NCBI GenBank assembly: GCA_003557645.1
Contig: PWNV01000020.1
Coordinates: forward strand, 78,328 to 142,327
DNA: 64,000 bases
Source of the DNA: Candidatus Nealsonbacteria bacterium
Lineage (GTDB): Bacteria > Patescibacteriota > Minisyncoccia > Minisyncoccales > PWPS01
Direction of reading: 5' to 3'
This document shows, one piece after another, positions 53,760 through 62,680 of this stretch. The position numbers and the translations under genes were made by a program. Numbering within the stretch: position 1 is the first letter of the stretch; every line of letters starts with the position of its first letter. The notes under the pieces are model-generated. The model had not been told where the DNA came from. It was given only the letters and a program-made list of their open reading frames with translations, and ran no database searches.

Positions 53760-54185
53760 TTATTGTGGTATGTACATGTCAATGATTTCGACTTCCTGTT
53801 TTCCTCCCGGAGTAACAATGGTCACGCTATCTCCAGCGCCTTTTTCGTTAATAGCGATGGCGATCGGTGCTTCTCGAGAGATAATTATAAACGCTTCATC
53901 TTCCGATGCTATCGGAGGAACATTTTCGCAAACAAGCAGGTCCATTATCTTTCCCTTTATTCTGACAGTGGCGATAAAGCACACCCCGTTACCAACAAGA
54001 CATAAATCCACTCCTGCAATACTTCTTTCAGTTATTTTCATATCTTGCAGAATTGGAAGAATCATCTCCCGCTTGTTTTTCGCACTATCTGCGGCTTGAT
54101 TAATTCTACTGATCTCTTCCCTTCTTGTTAGATTTTTTTTAACCAGGTCACTTTTAATTCTTTCTAGCTCTTTTTTAAAGATCAA
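53760..54185 (-). CDS. GreA/GreB-family-like protein (141 aa)
   Basis: Coiled-coil N-terminus plus ISREAPIAIAINEKGAGDSVTIVTPGGKQEVEIIDM. TTG start with SD aaggagg. Promoter-like TTGACT-N16-TATTAT lies upstream. Confidence 0.65.
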   Translation of the reverse strand: MIFKKELERIKSDLVKKNLTRREEISRINQAADSAKNKREMILPILQDMKITERSIAGVDLCLVGNGVCFIATVRIKGKIMDLLVCENVPPIASEDEAFIIISREAPIAIAINEKGAGDSVTIVTPGGKQEVEIIDMYIPQ

Positions 54186-54266
54186 TTGGAATCCTCCTTA
54201 AAAGAAATTTGAAACCCCAAACCCTTGTCGTTATAATACAATATTTATAAAAAAAGTCAATAGCAA

Positions 54267-55043
54267 CTAATTATCGCTATGGTTTTTTTCATCTAAAACT
54301 TTGCGAACTTCTTTGCGATAGAGACAAAAATCACAATCATCACCAGATCTTGGCAAAAGATCACTATCTAAAAGATCTTTTATTTCATAGAGAGTTTTTT
54401 CTACCCAATGATCACTTCCTTTGTAAGGGATAAGAGTAACATCAAACTCTATTTTTCCATCAAACGCCTCTACATCAGTCCTTCCGTTGCAGTAAACAAA
54501 GTATCCTGTATCGGAAACATTCAATCCGTTTTGTCGTAGAAGCCACTGATAAACTTCCATTTGTCTCTTGTATGAATCTTGCCAGTCTTTATTAAGCTCT
54601 ATAATCTCTCCTTCCTTGCTTGTTGCTTTGTAATCAACCACAATATATCTCCCCTCTTTGTCTATCCATAAATCATCAATCGCTCCCGTCACAATGAAGT
54701 TTGTTGGCTCGTGAAAAGCTCTTACTCCTTTAAAGTTCTCCCTCCATTCGTTCATCTCTTCTCTTTTTGCCGGAACAGCATCCACTCCGTACTTTTCAAG
54801 AAGAGGATGTCGAGACCCCTCCGCTCTGTGCAGATCAAACTCTTGTTTCAAAAGAGTGTCTACCGCACTATTTATTGCAAACGGGTATCCAGGAGGAGTT
54901 CCTACGCCGAGCCTCCTATCTATATAAAAACAACGAGGACAGTTCAAAAAAAGATCTATTTTTGATCTACTCAAGCAAAAAGCTTCTTTCCTTTTCGGAT
55001 CATAAATATTTCGACTTCTTTTTCCTTTGTAATATTGTGACAT
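54267..55043 (-). CDS. PD-(D/E)XK nuclease, Cas4/RecB-like with Cys cluster
   Basis: Catalytic D...VDYK, QMEVYQW (QxxxY), and N-terminal CPRC plus C-terminal CDFC, consistent with Fe-S ligands. Confidence 0.75.
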   Translation of the reverse strand: MSQYYKGKRSRNIYDPKRKEAFCLSRSKIDLFLNCPRCFYIDRRLGVGTPPGYPFAINSAVDTLLKQEFDLHRAEGSRHPLLEKYGVDAVPAKREEMNEWRENFKGVRAFHEPTNFIVTGAIDDLWIDKEGRYIVVDYKATSKEGEIIELNKDWQDSYKRQMEVYQWLLRQNGLNVSDTGYFVYCNGRTDVEAFDGKIEFDVTLIPYKGSDHWVEKTLYEIKDLLDSDLLPRSGDDCDFCLYRKEVRKVLDEKNHSDN

Positions 55044-55047
55044 ATAT

Positions 55048-55551
55048 TTAAATTTTTCTTGGATCGTAAGCCCAGTGTAAAAGCACTTGTCTTTGTTTTT
55101 TCCGACAATTTAAATCTCTTGCTTTACAGTTTTTCTTAACCGCACCCAGGTGTCTTTTTATTGCTTTCCATCGCTTGATCTGCCTCTCATCTTCCTCCTT
55201 AATTCTTCGCCCTTGATAATATCTGCAGTACCACTGAAACCATCCTCGAGGGTCATCTTTAAAAATCCATCCCTTCTTTATCCAGTGTGACAAGGGCATG
55301 CTTGCGTCAATTTGAAAATAATTAAGAAGACAGTTCCTTTTTTCTGGAGAAAGCTTTGCTCTCTGAAACCAATTTTTTGGGAACTCATTCTTGCAGTCCG
55401 TCATATATTTCCCACAAAAAACTCCGAGCTCCAACATTTCTTTGGGCGTAACTTCTGGTCTGAAGTCAGAATGAAAATTCCTTCCTGAGGTCTCTACAAG
55501 CACATACTGATAACCTCTCTGCATCTTATCATTAACTGTTATTTTCTTCAT
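55048..55551 (-). CDS. conserved hypothetical protein
   Basis: 167 aa from the MKKITVND Met; the ORF track extends to 55647 through a hydrophobic overlap. Distinctive DPRGWFQWYCRYYQGRR...DERQIKRW motif, family not identified. Confidence 0.45.
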   Translation of the reverse strand: MKKITVNDKMQRGYQYVLVETSGRNFHSDFRPEVTPKEMLELGVFCGKYMTDCKNEFPKNWFQRAKLSPEKRNCLLNYFQIDASMPLSHWIKKGWIFKDDPRGWFQWYCRYYQGRRIKEEDERQIKRWKAIKRHLGAVKKNCKARDLNCRKKQRQVLLHWAYDPRKI

Positions 55552-55553
55552 TT

Positions 55554-55787
55554 TTAAAAAAAGAAAGCAATAAAAATAATAGTCGATGAAAACAAAAATA
55601 AGAAACAAAAAAATCCGAACAGTGTCCAAGAAACAAGATACGGCCACCTCTTAATTTTCTTTTCAAACCAAAGAAGAAAGGCTCCCAAAAAGAAAAGAAA
55701 ACAAAAAGAAAAAATAACCACAAAAGAGTGAACCGAAATAAAAACTTCGCTGTGAGATGTTATAAATTCAATCATTTTTGGAAGCAT
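55554..55787 (-). CDS. small membrane protein
   Basis: 77 aa with 2-3 TM helices. Its stop is 2 nt before the next ATG. Confidence 0.35.
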   Translation of the reverse strand: MLPKMIEFITSHSEVFISVHSFVVIFSFCFLFFLGAFLLWFEKKIKRWPYLVSWTLFGFFCFLFLFSSTIIFIAFFF

Positions 55788-55962
55788 CTATTTGTCCTGC
55801 AAATACATATATTACATATCCCCCGCAAATCAAAAGCAAAAGAAGAAATAAATAAAGAAAATCTACAAAAAAATAATGCCAGTAGGATCCAATAATAATT
55901 CCAAAAGAAAGAACTGCGATCTCGTAGGGAATAAGTTGCCACCATTTTATCTTAAAGTGCAT
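55768..55962 (-). CDS. small membrane protein
   Basis: 64 aa with 2 TM helices. Overlaps the next ORF by 20 nt. Confidence 0.35.
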   Translation of the reverse strand: MHFKIKWWQLIPYEIAVLSFGIIIGSYWHYFFVDFLYLFLLLLLICGGYVIYVFAGQIDASKND

Positions 55963-55973
55963 ATATATTACTT

Positions 55974-56002
55974 AAAAAAAGGAGGCACGCAAAGATGCCT
56001 CC
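55974..56002 (-). terminator. rho-independent terminator after the 97-aa Gre-C-like gene
   Basis: Stem ggaggca/tgcctcc followed by U7 on the minus strand. Confidence 0.7.
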
Positions 56003-56295
56003 TACTTGTTTTTTACATCAAGAATTTTAACAACAATTTTTTCCATTTTTCCAGTTTCTCTGCTAGCTACTTCATAAAAAACTTTTTCTCCTGGACCTGC
56101 ATTCATTGCTGCTTTAGCAAAAGGGGAAGAAAAAGATATTTTTAAAACCCCTTTCTCGCTCTGTGCTTCATCTGTGCTGACCATCCGTTCTTCTACAATT
56201 TCAATAGTTTCAATTTTCCCTGTATCTTGAAATTCAATTTTTGCTCGCGATCCTAGGTTAATTCTTGAGCAGTCATTTTTGACTGACATCATCAA
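56002..56295 (-). CDS. GreA C-terminal-domain-like small protein
   Basis: 97 aa. ISFSSPFAKAAMNAGPGEKVFYEV...KIVVKILDV. Confidence 0.55.
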   Translation of the reverse strand: MMMSVKNDCSRINLGSRAKIEFQDTGKIETIEIVEERMVSTDEAQSEKGVLKISFSSPFAKAAMNAGPGEKVFYEVASRETGKMEKIVVKILDVKNK

Positions 56296-56352
56296 CCCCT
56301 CCTTTTATTGGGATTATCTTAATCCTACCAATAAAAAGAAAAACTATCAACC

Positions 56353-57855
56353 TTAATAGGCTTTTGCGAAGACCGCTCTTTCCAGAGAAGGTTTTCCACT
56401 CTTTACACACCTCCCTTCTTCTTTCTCTTGCCTAAAGGGAATATAACGGATTGTTGCTTTTGTCTCACTTTTGATCTGAGCTTCCACTTCTTTTTCTCCG
56501 GACCAGTGAGCATGAACAAAGTTACCTTCTTCAATTGCTTTTACAAAATCTTCCCAGTTGTCCACAAATTTTGTTTTTGCATTTCTATACTCTAATGCTC
56601 TATTATATAGATTCGTTTGTATCTCTTCTAAAAGCAAATTAATGCTCTTTGGAAGATCTGGTAATTCTACTTTGACCTTTTTGCCGTTATCGCGACGAAC
56701 AAGTACTACTGAATTATCCGCTATATCTTTTGCTCCTAGCTCTATACGAACAGGGACTCCTTTTCTTTCCCATTCATAGAACTTCTCCCCAGGACGAAGA
56801 TCCCTTTTGTCAACAAAAACTCTTACACTTTCTTTTTTGAGCATGTTTTCAATCTCATTCGCTTTTTCTACAATTTCTTCATTGTCACTACTTTGGCTGA
56901 TCGTGGTAATAACGGCTTGAGTTGGCGCTAATCGTGGTGGAAGAACCAAACCACTATCATCACTATGAGTCATAATAAGACCACCAATGGCTCTTGTGCT
57001 AAGCCCCCACCTTGTTTGCCATCCATACTGCTTTTCTCCGTTTCTTCCCAAAAAAGAAACATCAAAAGCCTTAGAAAAATTTTGTCCAAGATTATGAGAT
57101 GTTGCAAACTGTAGAGCCTTGCCATCTTGCATCATCGCCTCAATCGTATAGGTTCGCAGTGCCCCCGCAAACTTTTCTGATTCGGACTTAACTCCTGTAA
57201 ACACGGGAATAGCCATAATATTTTCTGCAATATCTCGATAAACCTCTAGCATTTGCCGTGCTCTCTCATCTCCCTCTTCCTCTGTTTCATGGACAGTATG
57301 ACCTTCCTGCCATAAGAACTCTGTTGTTCTCAAAAACAAACGAGGTCTTAACTCCCAACGCACAATATTTGACCACTGATTAAGAAGCAGTGGTAGATCA
57401 CGATATGATTGAATCCAGTTACCAAAAGTATCGTACATAATAGTTTCTGATGTTGGACGAACAATCAAAGGCTCTTCCAGCTTTTTGCCACCTGCATGAG
57501 TAACAACCGCTACTTCCGGGGCAAATCCTTCCACGTGATCTTTTTCTTTATTTAAAAATTTTTCAGGAATAAAAAGAGGAAAATAAACATTAGAAACACC
57601 TGTTTCCTTAAATCTATCGTCAAGCACTCTCTGGATGCGCTCCCATATACTGTAGCCATGCGGTTTAATAATCATACATCCACGAACAGGAGCATTTTCA
57701 GCAAGGTCAGCCATATTTACTACGTCCAGGTACCACTGAGAATAATCCTCACTTCGTGAAGTAATTTTATTCTTTGTGGCTTTGTTGTTTGCTTTGTCTA
57801 TCATAGTAAGTAATTTTAATCTTCTTAACTTCTTGGTAACTATAATATAAAGCAC
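56353..57855 (-). CDS. proS: proline--tRNA ligase (archaeal/eukaryote-like type)
   Basis: YSQWYLDV..MADL...VRGCMIIKPHGYSIWE and class II aaRS motifs. The true start is probably the MIDKANNK Met at 57804. Confidence 0.95.
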   Translation of the reverse strand: MLYIIVTKKLRRLKLLTMIDKANNKATKNKITSRSEDYSQWYLDVVNMADLAENAPVRGCMIIKPHGYSIWERIQRVLDDRFKETGVSNVYFPLFIPEKFLNKEKDHVEGFAPEVAVVTHAGGKKLEEPLIVRPTSETIMYDTFGNWIQSYRDLPLLLNQWSNIVRWELRPRLFLRTTEFLWQEGHTVHETEEEGDERARQMLEVYRDIAENIMAIPVFTGVKSESEKFAGALRTYTIEAMMQDGKALQFATSHNLGQNFSKAFDVSFLGRNGEKQYGWQTRWGLSTRAIGGLIMTHSDDSGLVLPPRLAPTQAVITTISQSSDNEEIVEKANEIENMLKKESVRVFVDKRDLRPGEKFYEWERKGVPVRIELGAKDIADNSVVLVRRDNGKKVKVELPDLPKSINLLLEEIQTNLYNRALEYRNAKTKFVDNWEDFVKAIEEGNFVHAHWSGEKEVEAQIKSETKATIRYIPFRQEKEEGRCVKSGKPSLERAVFAKAY

Positions 57856-57903
57856 TAAATATTACAAACATAGACGCATCACATGCACCTAATCCTATAC
57901 AAC

Positions 57904-57930
57904 AAAAAAGCCCGAAATTTTCGGGCTTTT
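57904..57930. terminator. bidirectional terminator
   Basis: Hairpin aaaaaagcccgaaattttcgggctttt. Confidence 0.7.
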
Positions 57931-57951
57931 CTGTATCTTAGACTACTAAAA

Positions 57952-59040
57952 TTACAGCCCCAATTCTTCCATCATCTCCATTTCTTCTGGAGTAAGTTCA
58001 TACTCTCCGGAATGAGGAATGGGAGTTTGCATAAATATTTCCATGACCTCCTCTGTCGTCAAATACTCACTCGGAGCAGTGATATCAAACTCTTCATTGA
58101 AGTTATCATAATTTACTTCAAAGAAAAAAACTACTCTGCTTACTTCAGGAAGCTCATCGAGATCAATATCTTCATCACTTACATCCACATCTATTTCTGC
58201 TCTTATCCTGTAGATATATTCACCGTCTGTCCAGATATGCAACTCCATCATTTCTAAGATTCTCTCCATCTCTTCTAAATTCTCCTCATCCTCAAATTCT
58301 ATTTTGGCTTCCGCTATCATAGACAACACTTCATCTAGTTCTTCTTGACTCATCTCAAGGACCTCTCCAAAAAATTCCATAAAGGGAATAAAATCTTCTT
58401 CCAAAAACTCTGGCATTTTCTCAGGATCAAAAGAAACGAGATACTTGTCAACACTTACACCGTTTATTTCATCTCTCTCCTTTTCTCCTAAAAGAAGAAG
58501 TTCCTTTTCCCAGAATGCAATGAGGAGCTTCTCTACCTCCTCCTCAACCTCCTCTTCCCTCATATCCAACTCCTCCTCTATTTCTTCCTGAACTCCTTCT
58601 GCTAAAAGAATCCATCTGCCAGTAAGTTCAGAAACAACGTCTGCCTGAATAGCTGGTAAGAACCCTAAAAGAGGGGTCGGGAAGGTTTCTAGTTTTCCGT
58701 AAAAATTATCATCTACAAGCATGAAGCCTCCTTCTAAGGAAAACCTCATCTCCATTCCACCCATCTGATAGTCAACATCCAAAATACCGCTACCTTCAGT
58801 GGCATTTCTGACATCGTCAACATCAGCATTAGCAAGAAGGGAGATGCTAGCAACCTCCTCTTCTCCGTCAAAAGCTGTAGCCCCAAAAATAACTTGAGTA
58901 CTGTAAGTGTCAAGCTCTGCTGTGTTCTGCATGGCTCTCACGACTGCTTCTTCGTCGGTGAGAGACATCTGAGTATAGTAGTAAGCACCTCCGCCAACAA
59001 TAGCTACAGCGAGCAAAGCAACTAATAATTTAATTTGCAT
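57952..59040 (-). CDS. hypothetical secreted acidic protein
   Basis: 362 aa. Signal or anchor helix, very Glu/Asp-rich. Confidence 0.4.
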   Translation of the reverse strand: MQIKLLVALLAVAIVGGGAYYYTQMSLTDEEAVVRAMQNTAELDTYSTQVIFGATAFDGEEEVASISLLANADVDDVRNATEGSGILDVDYQMGGMEMRFSLEGGFMLVDDNFYGKLETFPTPLLGFLPAIQADVVSELTGRWILLAEGVQEEIEEELDMREEEVEEEVEKLLIAFWEKELLLLGEKERDEINGVSVDKYLVSFDPEKMPEFLEEDFIPFMEFFGEVLEMSQEELDEVLSMIAEAKIEFEDEENLEEMERILEMMELHIWTDGEYIYRIRAEIDVDVSDEDIDLDELPEVSRVVFFFEVNYDNFNEEFDITAPSEYLTTEEVMEIFMQTPIPHSGEYELTPEEMEMMEELGL

Positions 59041-59209
59041 AGTTTTCTATTTTAAATTTTTCATTCTCGACCTTTTATTAGATGATACCCTCCTTTTCTT
59101 TTCTTGTAAACCTATATCTGAGTTTATCATTGCAATCTCTCCCAATACTCTTTCTCTTTTAATTATTAGAAAATATGGTATAATAAAAATCAAAAGGAGG
59201 AGATGATCT

Positions 59210-59668
59210 TTGAAAAATTATAATCCAGAAAAACCATGGACGACAAGAAAGGGAGATACTTTGGAGTTGATGATGTTTAATAATTACTCAACTCTTCAAA
59301 AATGGTTACAGCAAACAAAAGATTCTTTTACAGGGAAAAGAGAAAAAAACAACTATCATCGTCACTTAGAGTGGCTCTTTAAAAAAGGAGAAGATCGTTC
59401 CCCTGTAATGCTCTGCCCACACTGCGGGAAATTACCTGTAAAATATTTCACTATTAGGTATTCCTACGAAATAACTATAAACTGGGAGCATACTTACTGT
59501 GAAAGTTGTGTTGATCTTGCAGAGGGAGTTCCTCTTCAATTTAAGTTCTCTGCGCTGAAAGGAAAAAGTAAGTGGGAACAAGAAAAAATCATAGATCTCT
59601 ATAAGCAGGTCTTTGATATTAAAACGCCCTTAACTAAAAAAAGAGCGTTCCAATTCTTTAAGAGATAA
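59210..59668 (+). CDS. hypothetical protein with CxxC...CxxC zinc-ribbon-like motif
   Basis: 152 aa. TTG start 9 nt after SD aaggagg. CPHCG...CESC. Confidence 0.4.
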   Translation: MKNYNPEKPWTTRKGDTLELMMFNNYSTLQKWLQQTKDSFTGKREKNNYHRHLEWLFKKGEDRSPVMLCPHCGKLPVKYFTIRYSYEITINWEHTYCESCVDLAEGVPLQFKFSALKGKSKWEQEKIIDLYKQVFDIKTPLTKKRAFQFFKR

Positions 59669-59675
59669 GTATCAC

Positions 59676-59702
59676 ACACCGCAAATCAAGCGGTGTTTTT
59701 TT
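59676..59702 (+). terminator. rho-independent terminator
   Basis: Stem acaccgc/gcggtgt followed by T7. Confidence 0.75.
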
Positions 59703-60867
59703 AATAGTGCACATAAACCCACGTTCCTTTTCCTCCAAACGGAGAAACTTCTCTTTGATTTGGGAGGAGCTCTGGATCAGACCAGTGAAAAAACCAGTGT
59801 GCGTCGTGAGGACTTAAGTTCACACATCCCGAGCTTTGCACTGTTCCAAAATTGTCGTGCCAATAAGTGCCATGCCAAGCATAATTTCCTGAGAAATAGT
59901 AAATCCACGGAACACTTGCAAAATCATACGCAAAATTTTGACCTTGCATGGGAGCAGCTCTAGTTTTAACCCTGGCCCAAAAAACACCAGTGATAGTTTC
60001 ATGTCCGTATCTGCCCGTAGAAGTCAATGTTGCATAAATCGGATTATCTCCCTCGTGAGCAAATATGACCTGTTCGCTTAAATTAACTTCTATCCATTTA
60101 TCATTTTCTCCAATGTTTGCTGGTCTTTTACCCGGAGTTAAATTACGAACATAAGTACTGTGAACCCATTGATCTTCTGCTATTTTGTACCACACATTAC
60201 CATTAACCACTCTTTCTTCCTGAACTGAAAGTAAGCTGTATTTAGGTAAACGGCCAATCGCGGTATCTTCTCCTATATCTCCTGGGAAAAGTCGCACATT
60301 TAGCGAATCAACATACACCATTGCTAAGCGTTCGTCTAATCGCTCTTTTATCTCTATTCCTTTTAGTCTGGAGAGTATCGCTTCAAAACTTACATTATTT
60401 TCTGTAATCCAGCCAGAGCGTCCCCATCCCCACTCTACCTTGTAAAATTTGCTTCCTTCGATGATAAGCTCTTCAACTACATTCACCCACGCAATCTCAC
60501 TGTTTTGCCTTATAGAATACATTCCAGCCATCGCCATCTCAGCCGAGGAATAAATAGGAGCATTTCTAGTGAGCTTTGCATAGTTTTTTCCTTCAGGGAG
60601 ATACTTGGAAGGATCCGCAACAACACTAAGCTCTCCAGCAATTTCTATCGGCTTATTCTCTTCTTCCTCTCTCTCAATCACTCTTTCCTGTGGTTTAATC
60701 GGTGCCAATACTACAGGTTCTTCGATTTCAGGTACCTCATGAAACCATAAAAAATAAGAGAAGAAAGCTCCATTGAAAATAAAAATTACTAAAATTGTAA
60801 AAATAAAATCTTTACTCATAATTCTTTCACATTGTATCACAATTTCATAAAAAACAAACTTTCCCAT
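59701..60867 (-). CDS. L,D-transpeptidase (YkuD) with SH3-like domains
   Basis: Catalytic HGTYWHDNFGTVQSSGCVNL. N-terminal TM helix. The start is probably the MSKDFIF Met at 60819. Confidence 0.8.
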   Translation of the reverse strand: MGKFVFYEIVIQCERIMSKDFIFTILVIFIFNGAFFSYFLWFHEVPEIEEPVVLAPIKPQERVIEREEEENKPIEIAGELSVVADPSKYLPEGKNYAKLTRNAPIYSSAEMAMAGMYSIRQNSEIAWVNVVEELIIEGSKFYKVEWGWGRSGWITENNVSFEAILSRLKGIEIKERLDERLAMVYVDSLNVRLFPGDIGEDTAIGRLPKYSLLSVQEERVVNGNVWYKIAEDQWVHSTYVRNLTPGKRPANIGENDKWIEVNLSEQVIFAHEGDNPIYATLTSTGRYGHETITGVFWARVKTRAAPMQGQNFAYDFASVPWIYYFSGNYAWHGTYWHDNFGTVQSSGCVNLSPHDAHWFFHWSDPELLPNQREVSPFGGKGTWVYVHY

Positions 60868-61590
60868 CTCCTATCTCTACTCTCTTTAAGTTAAGTAAGA
60901 CTGCTCCTGGACCGATTATCCTTCCTGCTTCGTGTGCTAAGCTCCTTATGTAGGTTCCACTACTGCAAGATACTGTAATTTTTGCTTCCCAGAAACAGTC
61001 TCTCTCTTGAAATAAGCGCCTCCACTCCTTCTTTATTTCTTCCTGCCTAAAGTCTCCTTCTACTTTTTCTAAACTCTCTAAAATCTCTTTTTCCAATATA
61101 TCTGAAGAAGTTTTCTCTATTTTATTTACTTGCAAGTTATATATATCAACCTCTCTTTCAGGAATCCTGATTTCTTTAAGTCGCTTTTCTAATGCCCATT
61201 TAAAGAGTGGCTTTCCTTTAATTTTGTATGATGAAAAGGGCGGAAGAAGAAAGGAAAATTTTCCCTCAAAAGACAAAAGTGTTTTTTTAATATTTTTTTC
61301 ACTAAGAGCTCCTTTCCCCTTTTTGGGATCCCAAGAATATCATATGTATCAGTATGAAAGCCAAAAAGAAGAGTTGCTTCATACTTTTTATTAAGTTTTA
61401 AATAGTCATCAAAATTTTTTAATTCATTTCCTGCAATCATTAAAAGAACTCCTTCTGCCATCGGATCAAGTCTCCCTGCATAAGCCATCTTAACCTCCTC
61501 GTACTCTGGCTTTCTTTTTTTAAACTCTAAAACAGCATCAAGAGGAGAGATTCCTTTTCTTTTATGAATATAAAAAACTTCTTTCTCCAT
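60845..61590 (-). pseudogene. truB: tRNA pseudouridine55 synthase TruB, interrupted by a frameshift
   Basis: The N-terminal half (61189..61590: GRLDPMAEGVL, KKYEATLLFGFHTDTYD) and the C-terminal half (60845..61276: PPFSSYKIKGKPLF, SSGTYIRSL) lie in frames offset by 1 nt. The frames overlap around two A7 runs at 61282-61288 and 61293-61299. Confidence 0.75.
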
Positions 61591-61594
61591 AGCT

Positions 61595-62680
61595 CTACTT
61601 AATCTTTTCCTCTACCTCTGGGAAAGACTTGCTCTTTACCACTCGAAAAGTCTTTCTTGCCACTGTTTGTCCTATTTCCGTTTTAATGTTTACTCTCCAT
61701 ACTCCAGGCCAAACAGTGCGATAAGTGTACCAACGATATCCAATATCTCTTCCACCAGCAATAAAAAATGGTATCTTTGATACGGTTTCCCATTTTTTGT
61801 TTTCCTCATTATAATATTTCCACTCATGAATCATCTCAAGATCTATCCCTCGTGGCGCAAAAACAGAGCTATAAACATATACTGTTTTCGATGAATCGGT
61901 AACATGAATCTCTTCGTGAGAAAAAAGACATTCATGCCAAGCGCACTCTTCTTCTGCGATTACCCTGTAGTTATCATTAACTCTCTCAACTCCGTGATAA
62001 ACCCCAATATCTCTAAGAGTAAGAGGAATAGGAGGAATAAGGTTGGTGAAATAAAAAATATTCATTAACGCAAAAATTCCTATAATACCAAATCCGTACT
62101 CCTTTCTTTTTTCTCTGATCGACAAACTTCGCGAAGATAATATTTGTAAAAAGAGATGAATTAAAAGCAGGCTCAATGCACCACTTGAAAGAAAGACAAA
62201 AACGCTCAGATCCTTGAAAATATGAGGAAGAATAAGGTTGGTGTAAGAAAATATTGCAAAAAAATAAACACTAACGTGAATTTCTGGACGAACGTTGTAT
62301 TTTCTAAAGACTTCATTGGCAATCATTAAGAAAATCAACTTCAAAATAAATGGCCAACTCGCTGCTATTGATCCACTGTGAGAATAGAAAATTAAAAACG
62401 CACTAAAAAGAACTCCAAAAGAATACTGCAAAGCAAGAGGTGATAAAAGATAGGCATAGGAAAAAAACTTCCCAGGAGATACGCGTGTTTTGTAAAGATT
62501 AAGAACTGAGATTGCACTTCCAATTACTATAAGATGCCCAAAAAGAAGGCTCATCGCTAAAGGAAAATTGATAAAGCGAAAGGTTATTACATCAGTAATG
62601 AAACCAAAAATAAGAGCACCTGGAATTAAGTACCTTTCATATTTATTATAAAATTGGCCAAGCTTTTTTAACTTCTCCAT
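61595..62680 (-). CDS. membrane protein with DUF2914-like C-terminal domain
   Basis: About 6 TM helices plus a soluble C-terminal beta-domain (GVWRVNIKTEIGQTVARKTFRV). The family assignment is from memory. Confidence 0.5.
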   Translation of the reverse strand: MEKLKKLGQFYNKYERYLIPGALIFGFITDVITFRFINFPLAMSLLFGHLIVIGSAISVLNLYKTRVSPGKFFSYAYLLSPLALQYSFGVLFSAFLIFYSHSGSIAASWPFILKLIFLMIANEVFRKYNVRPEIHVSVYFFAIFSYTNLILPHIFKDLSVFVFLSSGALSLLLIHLFLQILSSRSLSIREKRKEYGFGIIGIFALMNIFYFTNLIPPIPLTLRDIGVYHGVERVNDNYRVIAEEECAWHECLFSHEEIHVTDSSKTVYVYSSVFAPRGIDLEMIHEWKYYNEENKKWETVSKIPFFIAGGRDIGYRWYTYRTVWPGVWRVNIKTEIGQTVARKTFRVVKSKSFPEVEEKIK

